51,203 nt of DNA from the IMG/VR virus record IMGVR_UViG_3300021079_000011, positions 1-51,203 of that record, one strand, 5' to 3'. The stretch comes from a virus (taxonomy: Duplodnaviria; Caudoviricetes). The position numbers and the translations under genes were made by a program. Below the pieces are notes generated by a model that did not search any database, had not been told where the DNA came from, and saw only the letters and a program-made list of their open reading frames with translations. Positions 22,601-28,545 of the stretch are shown one piece after another. How positions within the stretch are numbered: the first letter of the stretch is position 1; every line of letters begins with the position of its first letter.

Positions 22601-22728
22601 TCCTTACGGCTGTTAAGAACGAGGCTTCACCCGAAATGTTGCGGACATTACAAGAAAATTTAAGACAGGCGAGTTCGCCGTATTACAGCTCCTTTACAAA
22701 CGCCAAGTCTGGCGCAACAACCAAATGA
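10675..22728 (+). CDS. giant polyvalent ejection protein (DarA_C-like, ADP-ribosyltransferase-like x2, SH3-like x2, strawberry-notch-type SF2 helicase, zincin, LPD38-like C-terminus)
   Basis: Hydrophobic G/A-rich segment at about aa 350-540; YASPRRP..RPLTLDEMAAFEL; AYRG..WTTSKDYADTY..GHDGVI..QE; ADGTGVGKT, IFDESQ, TATP, GGAGLD, QILGRVSR; LGHEIGH..ELMAD. Confidence 0.85.
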   Translation: MPSQLFKPDDSLDFDSVLESSKAKFDDGGALSFDAVPDVPDVKPRFSDDGALDFGTLETKPEPEPKPIAATPQRTNYLSLSPESFPINTDSTIDKTDSTQTVKPPAAKEVNPLPLSSIPWIDSNGYPDEKLIAKKAQAETAAQQKKQDDFDSLAHSSYWKGDAAKQLLEKADSAKETLDKSPTQENSDAYNALIDPLNAAIQEHKSSQQELQAAYFKTTGETPVPPRPAENNSYRVDGGKIHFTPGQFAAGLNQAVSDGAIDPKFAMDNREKFQKADKIQSKIDGNGDPNSQYEYDGKNIRFYPGEEADGLREALKDGVVTPEYAAKNEKKFGEAQAKYKELVAAAGSEQAAKALLHGGAKGTAFMAAATPAFKVGVIGTEMIPGVGEIPGAALVGGTITSLLAGSAAAYATSKLMDKAAEYSDFVKKFTASAELHPVVDAVGELAAFGTGAPKALSNLKKVYDIAGGGRAGAKVVAQELGKGAIGGAAFETIVRPAFDAGRYAVADMLDIPHDKFQSPTLQSVATMVGLGMLLHGKSIEFKNYSDSQIAEILLKAKLRRDAGIPLDEKNLTAEQKAQFAMATGLGEGATIPEIEAHLAKYRLLVPLTENEISVHDKLQSMANSMSQSGNFENDTIKSITAKQALLPRMIGQKPKPVTSADIELEPPSEPRPMLGSPEPPPEQPQAPAVFHSIQPPMIPGQQPIELWNLTEDIPGHPKGSTVSRSTLEKAGYIVPSAPAATPSDDEQPDATGAKGRQVGKGFQPIVVGKKVLSITTRPDTATWQVTSFADEYREQPSGHEGFKTLGEALEFVDYKGKENRSVTDLGWQSPDAIFAALEQNPGANDPNPKNFIYASPRRPLSGLRVPDAVQSLSFKNKEGGLAGIVEVSRPLTLDEMAAFELVPVNTSASNTYWKSVADAVHPGHEKIQAGKDVAAETGAKTGKPFTAKAYRGISPKTPNDKGIYSEGEHWTTSKDYADTYGDKRGGKTHESEITLQNPFVATPSEMTRLHHGLSSRQVREKLQAAGHDGVIILHPDDVAESKAAGVPDRLLPPALGQEIIKFNKPTLPPAAATGAKGKQPSATEYERIEREISIALKNPLFREQSKAGTDFRDAFRDLETEAEFHKPAAIEKAQAEIDAEKAKKAAKSGSPDIAFIERSIANLEYRIRQDKMRGMKRPEDVQRLAELRTQLKSASAPAPAQTGAKGDEQHFDNLLRDTFGVINRLPADNIVRKSAEIGTRVAMGAKTDEEKILATKELAKYAQDAASELRKISPKDSEYADRLEKSLDDYIKSQPKTAEPKPAESQFKAGDIVLHDGVQKKVVRVSPDGKFVVLGKRAVPVAEVKPLEQPPAATETIESLKEEIAKMENRLETIYIPKGNKGDITNYRSQIEGKRRKLAELEKVAEPKPFSPDEDLLMHSPHTGEDSIVNFRGYMPDGKAMVWTGKMQMAIPAEWLRRKGEAKPVTEKPVEQTEKPLPSIAIQKSITQILKSVAIIEGKINKKAYESAYASIRLHANKLGIEIEPLGTYFNADQYKRVASHVQIEIGKKFGSFPTAEHRAKRDAVLAADAARKAAKKPNRSPFKVKPRSDGVPDILDAIQELGGIKPKSGSTGGEYDGSGVMKGTARMLWNRLGRAPDVLLSNLKSTGEWSRLETVDDLWSEIDQANKARDALKFGGGGDEAQARRFWEAIDKPENEKGFEKIHGSQLNVGSKFRLKGDGISHEELEVTHIDPDTGEITIKDGTTFGTQEIPESIEIYIKKGTLETPEDTGFDTGEEQPEPKKDEEFASHYELRHWTTPESAASLLRGEPFNFSREPIHSQVDLSGNFIKGKRMGGNRIHLSLDDGTWGFRRDASGKVIGNLVPVTYAVDYAAKDLLIDSPKSLREAERLAGENATKPDGTGNAAFWDALQKKGIKLVRVENTSDYPNVRFFAQATSDTVVVLDNSAVKVISKAKKTAAQPKSGEKIFTDTEADEAEKWLRENLGLNEDEEGDGWDASEDPGHQEGSKGLDPKILARVVTMAGRIIESGNVKFSDYAAQMLKKGFKGDLAKYIPAAYHEVRDFSEASALRHQMSTREEVDRFDYNAETGQFDESQPDLGGIIGSDEPGAKRPPLREVDPSLIPTPNIYVKKGQYTGKGGHSIDEQQRFAINVMLTAKANGEKAGVLADGTGVGKTGIELVLAVQLAEMTGKPVAIVTENKAVIENAFVMNAKKFGIEIDFDKVRFFTYTDLSSNNLPDIEWGAVIFDESQNIKNIMSSRGVTAENIKSEFNVYGTATPMDNVFHAPYFLGKILGVDVFTMARRLGYELVPIDLPNGKSSFIAKWLKSKDGAIPISESIKRLKDYRSQAVKRGTYIRREYPFFGSVNFKNAPSYNEKQLHEQDEINNYWDALAAAEPKKRMVYNAQRMNELARWTEAQKVQGAIGEIVADYEAGKHVVVFAEYVNDGVIKGLEKLGVPYEVPGTLKYIAAELKKRGIPFATVFGRGKDKGKEAAEFQRNKKIRVLLATPKSGGAGLDMDDTHGDFPRIVHMLTMNYSASIFDQILGRVSRRNTASPAKILIWRAENSQSDRRKVVILDRKLNILRKIQTGEDLDTTAFEENSQGDTSADDESGTAESSTKKGEDGVKILDDVIDDEFSSPDITDTVDDEWNDEQPQSEFDIFSANDRELNDFLDKRFGTEDRRQRGVSGDAARRGSGVYQFPTYEAFAKWMDERYVERDLEGMKLAFAEAERDYKVKYIKANRAPEHKKDWVNHLATGSVLPAGDPPITRTTPRPLPGGGTAPVPGTPPTSTSTPPTPPGAPPRPSRPPTHHRKFNITALVQLFKQFANRHPTINAKLAKTTLGRHLSPLGLIELQKNLLWDMDLAERVLGHEIGHFIDLIVEASGKGKEIGNRLRPMFDFTGQAMHKAELKKDIINLSKAWRGNFSASDKYRNSPKELMADFLSAMFNDPEMVNQTFPNLYDAWQEFKDSKPSFKSAYREIETWLQGDTMGSELIDKFGEDTDLTYDILGKEDSDNKSTWWETFNHSFISLWKRAGEKEAKKVPLNKLSPARLWNKSGYKMVKNRRVGYKIEEKLDVSHIWAANMTAIWQDDFRRDVQPWLDKVDSDPRTVQKYFQSYAVSKRTLEETKAAGVWMKDNPVETREMLEKILATVSSLEAEYLSELRNASDDELYNLSAKIARKILLMSDSKINEIASEINSLGFEIKGKLFLGAFAVRSFLLNTGGITPESAQLVLNELQRRLSPEQYSALEKAAAELRKLVFKVSKEMYDQGLINKDIWYETILPNQNTYLPYAVLDYFDGTVRGGIMQQGGSAKRIASVIAAAQLKVQSMYILLQKQRQVKLIMDSYKAGDSGKVATVTRRLQRASDLHSIRGQHLRDTTSRAILRVNGSPYLVEFPEDPGKQFEKSMEIAEFYASLDWIHNVSKYSHAAQQIFTQLAPTFLFYRNPIRGLRTGALKVGGRHILKAAFNWDSITQARNYANASFSGLMSPVIRQLVEGQALMSPRAASGQVRDVSQIAGQGLAGKFLASEMRRLARNANKKPSILGDKYRQGINFSAKVFTGLEAWEKIYNYKAALAKGLTQEQALMITQMSGIPRPGVGGKFSPFVEIGMPWTRVKIQGMRATYDMARDPELGKGFWARFFMYEAVPKILQMLVAKAIVSGLIAWIYNKGDDPKDPVITEVYRRISPYKMALDNIIPLMLYNPRSGKYHKFWEFKSGNEIPAHYEVVSLRIPTSEEGLTYGTFLHALMVSASGESKNLGRPGATPTKNMFDWAMNSLLPQPNPIATTAWKTIQMLAGTNPTDDFRNQPSANKQLFDAGGKDRFQAILGFEASQTAAFGEIAGIIAANYGLIDPKALSALSKRSDSDNKSFVDKYPFVKAAFSFDNYNGYRQEENEKLDNEKYHDRAKNLMPTEGREMYNFYYRNQDKKNLAPQDQEMFDIAKQWNRDIWGLKSTEDKLKPNSKKPPKSTYYPQILTAVKNEASPEMLRTLQENLRQASSPYYSSFTNAKSGATTK
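12924..14289 (+). repeat. four dispersed copies of GACAGGGGCGAAG (TGAK linker)
   Basis: Copies at 12924, 13482, 13890 and 14277; 12921-12940 and 13887-13906 are identical over 20 bp. Confidence 0.9.
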
Positions 22729-23150
22729 GCAAGGTAAAACTAATACGCAGGGACGGTGCGTTTCTGCCCGGTGGCTATCCCTACATAGACCCGAAAACAG
22801 GCATGCGATTTGACGGCATGGAATGTGGCTTTGACGAGCAGGTTCAAAGAATCATCAAACATCGGCTTGCAAACCCAAACCTATACCCGGCCAGCGACCC
22901 GCAATTTCTTTCAACAACCAAGGTTGCCGATGTTTTGGATGAATACCAATGTGACAGGCTTGGCCGCAGCGACCAATACTGTGTTGGTGAAGGGGCGGCG
23001 CAAAAGAACCTGTCACCATCGTATCTGGTGAACACGCTTGGGAAATGTTCCTGTGGCGGAGAATGGGAGGAGCGTTATTGCCCGACCTGTTCATCAAAAA
23101 GGCTTGTCGGCTGGACATGCAAAGTTTGCGGCAAACGGATTGAAAAATGA
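22725..23150 (+). CDS. Cys-rich (Zn-ribbon) protein
   Basis: CSCG, CPTC and CKVC motifs; ATGA overlaps on both sides. Confidence 0.7.
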   Translation: MSKVKLIRRDGAFLPGGYPYIDPKTGMRFDGMECGFDEQVQRIIKHRLANPNLYPASDPQFLSTTKVADVLDEYQCDRLGRSDQYCVGEGAAQKNLSPSYLVNTLGKCSCGGEWEERYCPTCSSKRLVGWTCKVCGKRIEK

Positions 23151-23521
23151 AAACCCTGCAAAAGATAGAGCAGTATGTCGAAGGCGTTGAGGTGCTTCGG
23201 GACTGGCTTGGTCATGGCGGCGTTCCTGTTGACAGGGAAATTTCTCAGGCCAGAGCAAATGTGTGTTTGAAATGTGTCCACAACAGTCTTGGTAACTGGC
23301 CTACGAAAATCATTGCCAGCGCGATAAAGAAGCATGTCGAATTAAAGAACAAGATGAAGATGCGGGTCAGTGGCGAGAAGGCTTTGAAAAGTTGTCAAAT
23401 TTGCCTGTGCGAACTAAGGTTAAAAGTCCATGTTCCCATCGGCATGATTAGGAAACAGATGAACGAGGGTGAACTTGAAAGGTTTCCAGATTGGTGCTGG
23501 CAAAAAAAAGAGACTGAATGA
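23147..23521 (+). CDS. Cys-rich protein
   Basis: RANVCLKC, CQICLC.L.LKV and PDWCW motifs; translational coupling. Confidence 0.7.
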   Translation: MKTLQKIEQYVEGVEVLRDWLGHGGVPVDREISQARANVCLKCVHNSLGNWPTKIIASAIKKHVELKNKMKMRVSGEKALKSCQICLCELRLKVHVPIGMIRKQMNEGELERFPDWCWQKKETE

Positions 23522-24288
23522 ATACAAATATGCTTGTTGTCCTTGGTTTAACGGCTGGCGAAAGCGGCATGGCCGAGAAGCTTTGTGATTGGATGTCGCT
23601 GCTTTCCGGCAAGCTCGAAAACAGGCATATCCTGATTTGTTCGGACGCAAATGTTCACGAAGAGGTCAGGGTAAAAACCAGAATCTCAGCCGAATCAGCA
23701 TTTGAAACCGTTGATACATTCTTGGCCGACCCAATAAGTTCAGATTCAGAAATTGTTCGGATGAACCATCTTTTCAAGGGTGTATCATCACACATTCTGA
23801 ACAACTACAAAAGCCCTTGGATTTGGATTGAGCCAGATTGTGTCCCGATAGTTTCTAACTGGGTGGATGCGCTTGAGACAGCTTACGAATCTCAATGCAA
23901 AAGATTCTTGGGCTCGCACATGAAGTTTATCGGGACAGAAAATGTTTCCCTGTCAAAAGTCGCAGTTTACCCGGTGGGCGCATATCGGGACATCGCGCCT
24001 TATTGCGACGGCTCAACCCTGTTCAACAAGCTCGCGGCGAAAGAGTTGGTTTCAAAGTCAACAAAGACGCTGTTGATACAGCAAATGGATTACAACCATG
24101 AAACAGATTTCGGCAAAATACGGCCAAGCTCCGTGCTTCTCTGTGCGGACAAGTCCGGCGAGCTAATCAAAAGTTATCGGGCACAAAATCAAAAGCCAAA
24201 ACAAGAACCAGTCGTTGAGGCCGAAAAAATTCAACAGTCCCGGTCAGGCTGGTTTACTCAAAAAGTCGCATTACTTAACAGCAAATGA
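23518..24288 (+). CDS. glycosyltransferase-like protein (GT-A fold)
   Basis: WIWIEPDCVP (DxD-like) followed by W.DALE..Y and VAVYP. Confidence 0.5.
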   Translation: MNTNMLVVLGLTAGESGMAEKLCDWMSLLSGKLENRHILICSDANVHEEVRVKTRISAESAFETVDTFLADPISSDSEIVRMNHLFKGVSSHILNNYKSPWIWIEPDCVPIVSNWVDALETAYESQCKRFLGSHMKFIGTENVSLSKVAVYPVGAYRDIAPYCDGSTLFNKLAAKELVSKSTKTLLIQQMDYNHETDFGKIRPSSVLLCADKSGELIKSYRAQNQKPKQEPVVEAEKIQQSRSGWFTQKVALLNSK

Positions 24289-26597
24289 AAACAGCAACAA
24301 CTGAGTCACAGGAGTTCGGCACGCCAGAAAAGGTTGTGGCCATAACTGAAACGATGCAGACCATCGAAGACCGAAGGGCGATGGACAGGGCGAAGATAAA
24401 CACGCTGTTCAATGGTAGCCGACCCTACACGGACGAGGAGGTTAAGAAATTCCAGATTCAGATTAACGTGAACTGGGGCGAAGGGAAAAGAATCATGGTG
24501 GACGCAAACCGCCAGATGAACGCAGCCCTGCTTCATACCGGGAGACTTTTTAGCTGCACACTTGAGGCCGGGAAAGTTGACAAGCGGGATGAATGGTCTG
24601 AGAACTTCACGAAATTCATACACGAACCCGTCCAGCGTGGTCGCAGCGGGAAAAAGCATCATTACCTTATCAGGTCGCGGAACGCCACTGTCTGTTTGCA
24701 TGGTATCGGGGCTTTGCTCTGGCCTAACAGCTTCCGCTGGATGCCAAGATTTGTGCCGCTTGAAGACTTGCTGATTCCAACTGATACATTCTGCGATTTC
24801 TCAAACCTTAGGTATTTCGCAATCAACCTGTATCTGACCCCGGGCGAACTGGTTGACATGACTCAGGGCGAAGAGGTTGACAAGGGGTGGAACAAAGATT
24901 TGGTCGCAAATCTTCTTGACGAGTCTGCAAAAGCCCAGACCGAATCAACGCCGTCAACATGGAAAGACCAGCCCGAGGCCATGATGGAGATTAAGAAGCA
25001 GAACAACGGCTGGTATTACAGTGATGCGGTGAACAAAATCAAGCTGCGAGCATTTTATTATCAGAGCATTGACAAGCCGCAATCTTGGTATCGCCACATC
25101 GTTTTGAGGGAGGGAATCGGAGGGGTTAATACGGACAAGTTTGTTTACGATGGAAGCGACAGGGTTTTTGCAGCGTCCATTGACAACATCTTGAATGTCC
25201 AATTTGGCGACAGCAGCCTTATCGCCCCGTTGAAATACCATTCTGTTCGGGGACTGGGAGTTGACCTGTATGCGCCAGTCGAAACCACAAACAGACTGCG
25301 CTGCGAATTTGTCCAGAGCGTTTTTGAACATTTGAAGATGTATTTCAAGATTCAAGACCCGGCAGACCGGGACAGGCTGAAGTCTGTTGTCTTGCAGCAA
25401 TACGGATTCATCCCGGAAGGGTTGAACATTATCCCGAGGGAGCAGCGGCATCAGGTTGACCCGGAAATGGTCAGGGAAGCCATGTCCAACATGCGCCAGA
25501 TAATGCAGGAGAATTCCAGCGGCTATGTTCAAGACCAAAACGCTTCATCAGGCAGTCCGATAACGGCGCGTGAAGCTTCAATCCGGCTGAATCAGGCTAC
25601 GCAGATGATTAGCGGCATGATGCAGAACATGTATCTTCAGGAAGGGTTCTATTACCAAGAGGTTGTTCGGAGATTTTGCAACCCGGACTCTGAAGATGCT
25701 GAAGTAAAAACTTTCCAAGAAAAGTGTCTCAAGGCCGGGATTCCGAAAGAATTGATGAAGGCCGAGCTATGGAACATCGTTCCCGAAAGAGTTCTTGGTG
25801 GTGGCGACAAGTCCATCGCTCAAGCCCAGTCTGAATGGCTTTTGCAGCACAAGACCGAATACGACCCTGAGGCGCAGCAAAAGATTCTGCGGCTTGCAAC
25901 GTCAACAGTCTTGGAAGACCCGGCCAAAGGACGCATGTTCGTTCCGACAGCCCCGGTCACGGCAACAGACGGCACGTTCGCGGCAGAGAATGTTTTTGGA
26001 ACATTAATGCTCGGAATTCCTTGCGCCATGAGAGAGGGCATAGACCAGATTGGCTATGTCGAGGCCATGCTGAAAATGATGGGCTCGGTAATCCAAAGCA
26101 TCAGCCAAACGGACAATGTCGGCACACCGCAACAGGTTGTCGGCCTTCAGACATGCGCTCAAAATGTCGGTCAACACATTCAGGTTATCGCCGGGGACGA
26201 GCAGGAAAAGTCTCGCGCAAAACAATACATGGATGTTCTCGGGCAGATGGCCAACGAGGTTAAGGGCTTTGCCCAGAGACAGCAGGAAGCTCAAAAGAAT
26301 CAGCAAGGTGGCGAAGCTCAGGCTGAACAGGCCGTTGCACAAGCCAAGATTCAAGCCATGACACAACAGGCTCAGGCCAAGTCGCAGATATTGGCCGAGA
26401 CATCGAAACAAAAACTGCAACAGAGCGAGGCCGCTTTCCAACAGGAAATGCAACAGGAAATGCAGAAGCACACGCTCGAAATGCAGTCCATGATTGAACA
26501 AGCCAAGGCAGACATGGCCGCAAGCGCGATGAAGATGCAGACTGACGCGATGATTGCCGAGGTAAAGGCCAAAGCAGCGGCAAAAAAACCCGCTTGA
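24285..26597 (+). CDS. portal protein with Q-rich C-terminal coiled coil
   Basis: 770 aa, ITAREA motif, long Q/A/M-rich C-terminal helix like podovirus portal barrels; upstream of scaffold and capsid. Confidence 0.75.
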   Translation: MKTATTESQEFGTPEKVVAITETMQTIEDRRAMDRAKINTLFNGSRPYTDEEVKKFQIQINVNWGEGKRIMVDANRQMNAALLHTGRLFSCTLEAGKVDKRDEWSENFTKFIHEPVQRGRSGKKHHYLIRSRNATVCLHGIGALLWPNSFRWMPRFVPLEDLLIPTDTFCDFSNLRYFAINLYLTPGELVDMTQGEEVDKGWNKDLVANLLDESAKAQTESTPSTWKDQPEAMMEIKKQNNGWYYSDAVNKIKLRAFYYQSIDKPQSWYRHIVLREGIGGVNTDKFVYDGSDRVFAASIDNILNVQFGDSSLIAPLKYHSVRGLGVDLYAPVETTNRLRCEFVQSVFEHLKMYFKIQDPADRDRLKSVVLQQYGFIPEGLNIIPREQRHQVDPEMVREAMSNMRQIMQENSSGYVQDQNASSGSPITAREASIRLNQATQMISGMMQNMYLQEGFYYQEVVRRFCNPDSEDAEVKTFQEKCLKAGIPKELMKAELWNIVPERVLGGGDKSIAQAQSEWLLQHKTEYDPEAQQKILRLATSTVLEDPAKGRMFVPTAPVTATDGTFAAENVFGTLMLGIPCAMREGIDQIGYVEAMLKMMGSVIQSISQTDNVGTPQQVVGLQTCAQNVGQHIQVIAGDEQEKSRAKQYMDVLGQMANEVKGFAQRQQEAQKNQQGGEAQAEQAVAQAKIQAMTQQAQAKSQILAETSKQKLQQSEAAFQQEMQQEMQKHTLEMQSMIEQAKADMAASAMKMQTDAMIAEVKAKAAAKKPA

Positions 26598-26629
26598 CTC
26601 TGTGGCAAGAATGGGGCTAATTTGCCCCA
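26594..26629 (+). promoter_or_regulatory. promoter with palindromic operator around -10
   Basis: TTGACT (26594), 18 bp, TAATTT (26618), flanked by inverted repeat TGGGGC/GCCCCA. Confidence 0.55.
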
Positions 26630-26803
26630 ATGCAAATCAGGCTCGACCCGGACGTTGAACTTATGGTGAGGCTCTTGGCCGAGGACAAGGAAGTTTTGGA
26701 TGGATTAAAGTCCAGAAAGAAAAAGGTCAGTCCCGCGCACCTTGTCAATTCGATGCTCTATTCACTGTGCAAGAAGATGATTGATAAAAAATCACAAAAA
26801 TGA
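26630..26803 (+). CDS. small ribbon-helix-helix-like regulator (57 aa, not in ORF track)
   Basis: MQIRLDPDVELMVRLLAED...SPAHLVNSMLYSLC; ATGA overlap with the next gene. Confidence 0.55.
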   Translation: MQIRLDPDVELMVRLLAEDKEVLDGLKSRKKKVSPAHLVNSMLYSLCKKMIDKKSQK

Positions 26804-27090
26804 ATATGAATTACTCGCCCAAAGAAAACTTTCGAGAATTGCAGAAGGACAGCCTTGAAGAGTTGAAAAATAATTGTTCTGCCCGATGGTTTTCCGTCTG
26901 CTTGGATTATTCGATGTCTCAAATTGCATTTCAGGGCGCAACAGCAGAGGAATTGATTGGTGCAAGACGGCTTATCTCCACGATTCTGACTCTTTCAAAA
27001 AAGTCTGATGAACCGCCAGTTTTCCCGTCTCGCTCCTTGGAAACCTACGACACACCGTTGAAACCAAAACCTAAAATAAATTATGCCTGA
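26800..27090 (+). CDS. hypothetical protein between portal and scaffold
   Basis: 96 aa, overlaps both neighbours. Confidence 0.65.
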   Translation: MNMNYSPKENFRELQKDSLEELKNNCSARWFSVCLDYSMSQIAFQGATAEELIGARRLISTILTLSKKSDEPPVFPSRSLETYDTPLKPKPKINYA

Positions 27091-28255
27091 CGAAACAATC
27101 GCGCCAGTTGCCCCAGCCCCGGAATCAGTCACGCCGCCTACACCAACCGCCGCCGCGCCAGCCGCGCCGACACCGCCAGCACAGCCAAGCTCAACGCAGT
27201 CTCTTATTTCTGAAATGGAAAACCTCAGGAATCCTGAGCCGGAAAAGACCGAGCCGCCAAAGACTGATGCCCAGCCGAAGACTGACCCCAAACTCGCTGC
27301 GGTTACGCCAGTCAAAGAAAAAGACCCTGTATCACTCAGGAAAAAGCTGGCTGAAATTGAACAGGAATATAACGGGTTCAAGCTGACGGCCACACAGGAG
27401 CGGGAGAAGCTTGCTGCAAAAATTGCGGAGTTTGAAAAGAGAAAATATCTCACGCCGGAACAGGAGCAGCAACAGAAGGCGATGGAGAGTCGCTTGAAAC
27501 AGGTCGAGTCCGAGTTTTACGCGAGGGATTACAAGGAAAGCCCGGAATTCAAGGAGTTTTTTGAAAAGCGGTGGCAAGACCAATACAAGACTGCGGTTGA
27601 TGGAGTCTCAACAATCACCATCGTTGACGACAACGGCGACACCAGAGCCGCGAACCGTGCTGATTTTGAAAAGGTGCGGAACGCCCCCAATGGTGTTGAA
27701 CTCCGAAGAGCGGCCAAGCAGATTTTTGGCGAAGACGCAGACTTTGTTATTGACCAAGTTTCGCAGCTTCTTGTAATCCAAGATTCTGCCAAGAAAGAAC
27801 TCGAAACCCGAAAGGCGGAATACGATTCAAGGATGAAAGCTCAGGTTGAGACTCGCCAGAAAAGCTCCGAGATATTTGATACCGTCCAGACCGATACCGA
27901 CAAGAAGATGCGCGAAAAGTGGCCTCAATACTTTGGCGAAGACCCAGAAGACAAGGAATCCAACGAGGCTCTGAAGCGCGGGGCTGATTTCATATCCACA
28001 TCGCTTGAAGGTCGCGGCAAACTAAGCTCTGAAGATGTTGCAACCCGGTCTGCGATAATCAAGAACTGGGCAGCATCGTTCCCGAGGTTGGTTCACAAGC
28101 TTGAAAAAAGTGACGCTGAAATAAAGGCTCTGAAAGAAACCATTTCCAAGCTGCGCGGGAGCGACCCCGGCAGCATTGATGGAGGCTCGGGCGAAGGCGT
28201 GGCAGTCACCAAGGGTGGCGGAATAAATGAACTTATCGCACAGTTTGAGGAATGA
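27083..28255 (+). CDS. capsid scaffolding protein
   Basis: P/A-rich N-terminus, charged coiled coil, position between portal and capsid. Confidence 0.65.
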   Translation: MPDETIAPVAPAPESVTPPTPTAAAPAAPTPPAQPSSTQSLISEMENLRNPEPEKTEPPKTDAQPKTDPKLAAVTPVKEKDPVSLRKKLAEIEQEYNGFKLTATQEREKLAAKIAEFEKRKYLTPEQEQQQKAMESRLKQVESEFYARDYKESPEFKEFFEKRWQDQYKTAVDGVSTITIVDDNGDTRAANRADFEKVRNAPNGVELRRAAKQIFGEDADFVIDQVSQLLVIQDSAKKELETRKAEYDSRMKAQVETRQKSSEIFDTVQTDTDKKMREKWPQYFGEDPEDKESNEALKRGADFISTSLEGRGKLSSEDVATRSAIIKNWAASFPRLVHKLEKSDAEIKALKETISKLRGSDPGSIDGGSGEGVAVTKGGGINELIAQFEE

Positions 28256-28545
28256 AAATCAAGATACGAGCAACCAACGGCCATGTCTTGATTGACCCGA
28301 TTCTTGACGAGCCAGTGACGACGCTGTTTGTTCCTGAGTCGTCAAAGAACAGGGAAATGCCGCAGCAAGGATTTGTTGTTTCTGTCGGTGGCAGGAAAAT
28401 CACAAAGAAAGGCGTTGTTGTCGAACACGACTTCAAGATTGGCGACAAGGTTTTGTTCAGAAAGTTTTCCGGCCTGTGGATGGAGGTCGAGGGCAAAAAG
28501 CTTATTCATATCGGCCTTGGCGATATTGAAGCTGTTCTTGGATGA
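28252..28545 (+). CDS. groES: co-chaperonin GroES (Cpn10)
   Basis: IRATNGHVLI, PQQGFVVSVGGR, KIGDKVLF.KFSG..VEG, DIEAVL. Confidence 0.92.
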   Translation: MKIKIRATNGHVLIDPILDEPVTTLFVPESSKNREMPQQGFVVSVGGRKITKKGVVVEHDFKIGDKVLFRKFSGLWMEVEGKKLIHIGLGDIEAVLG

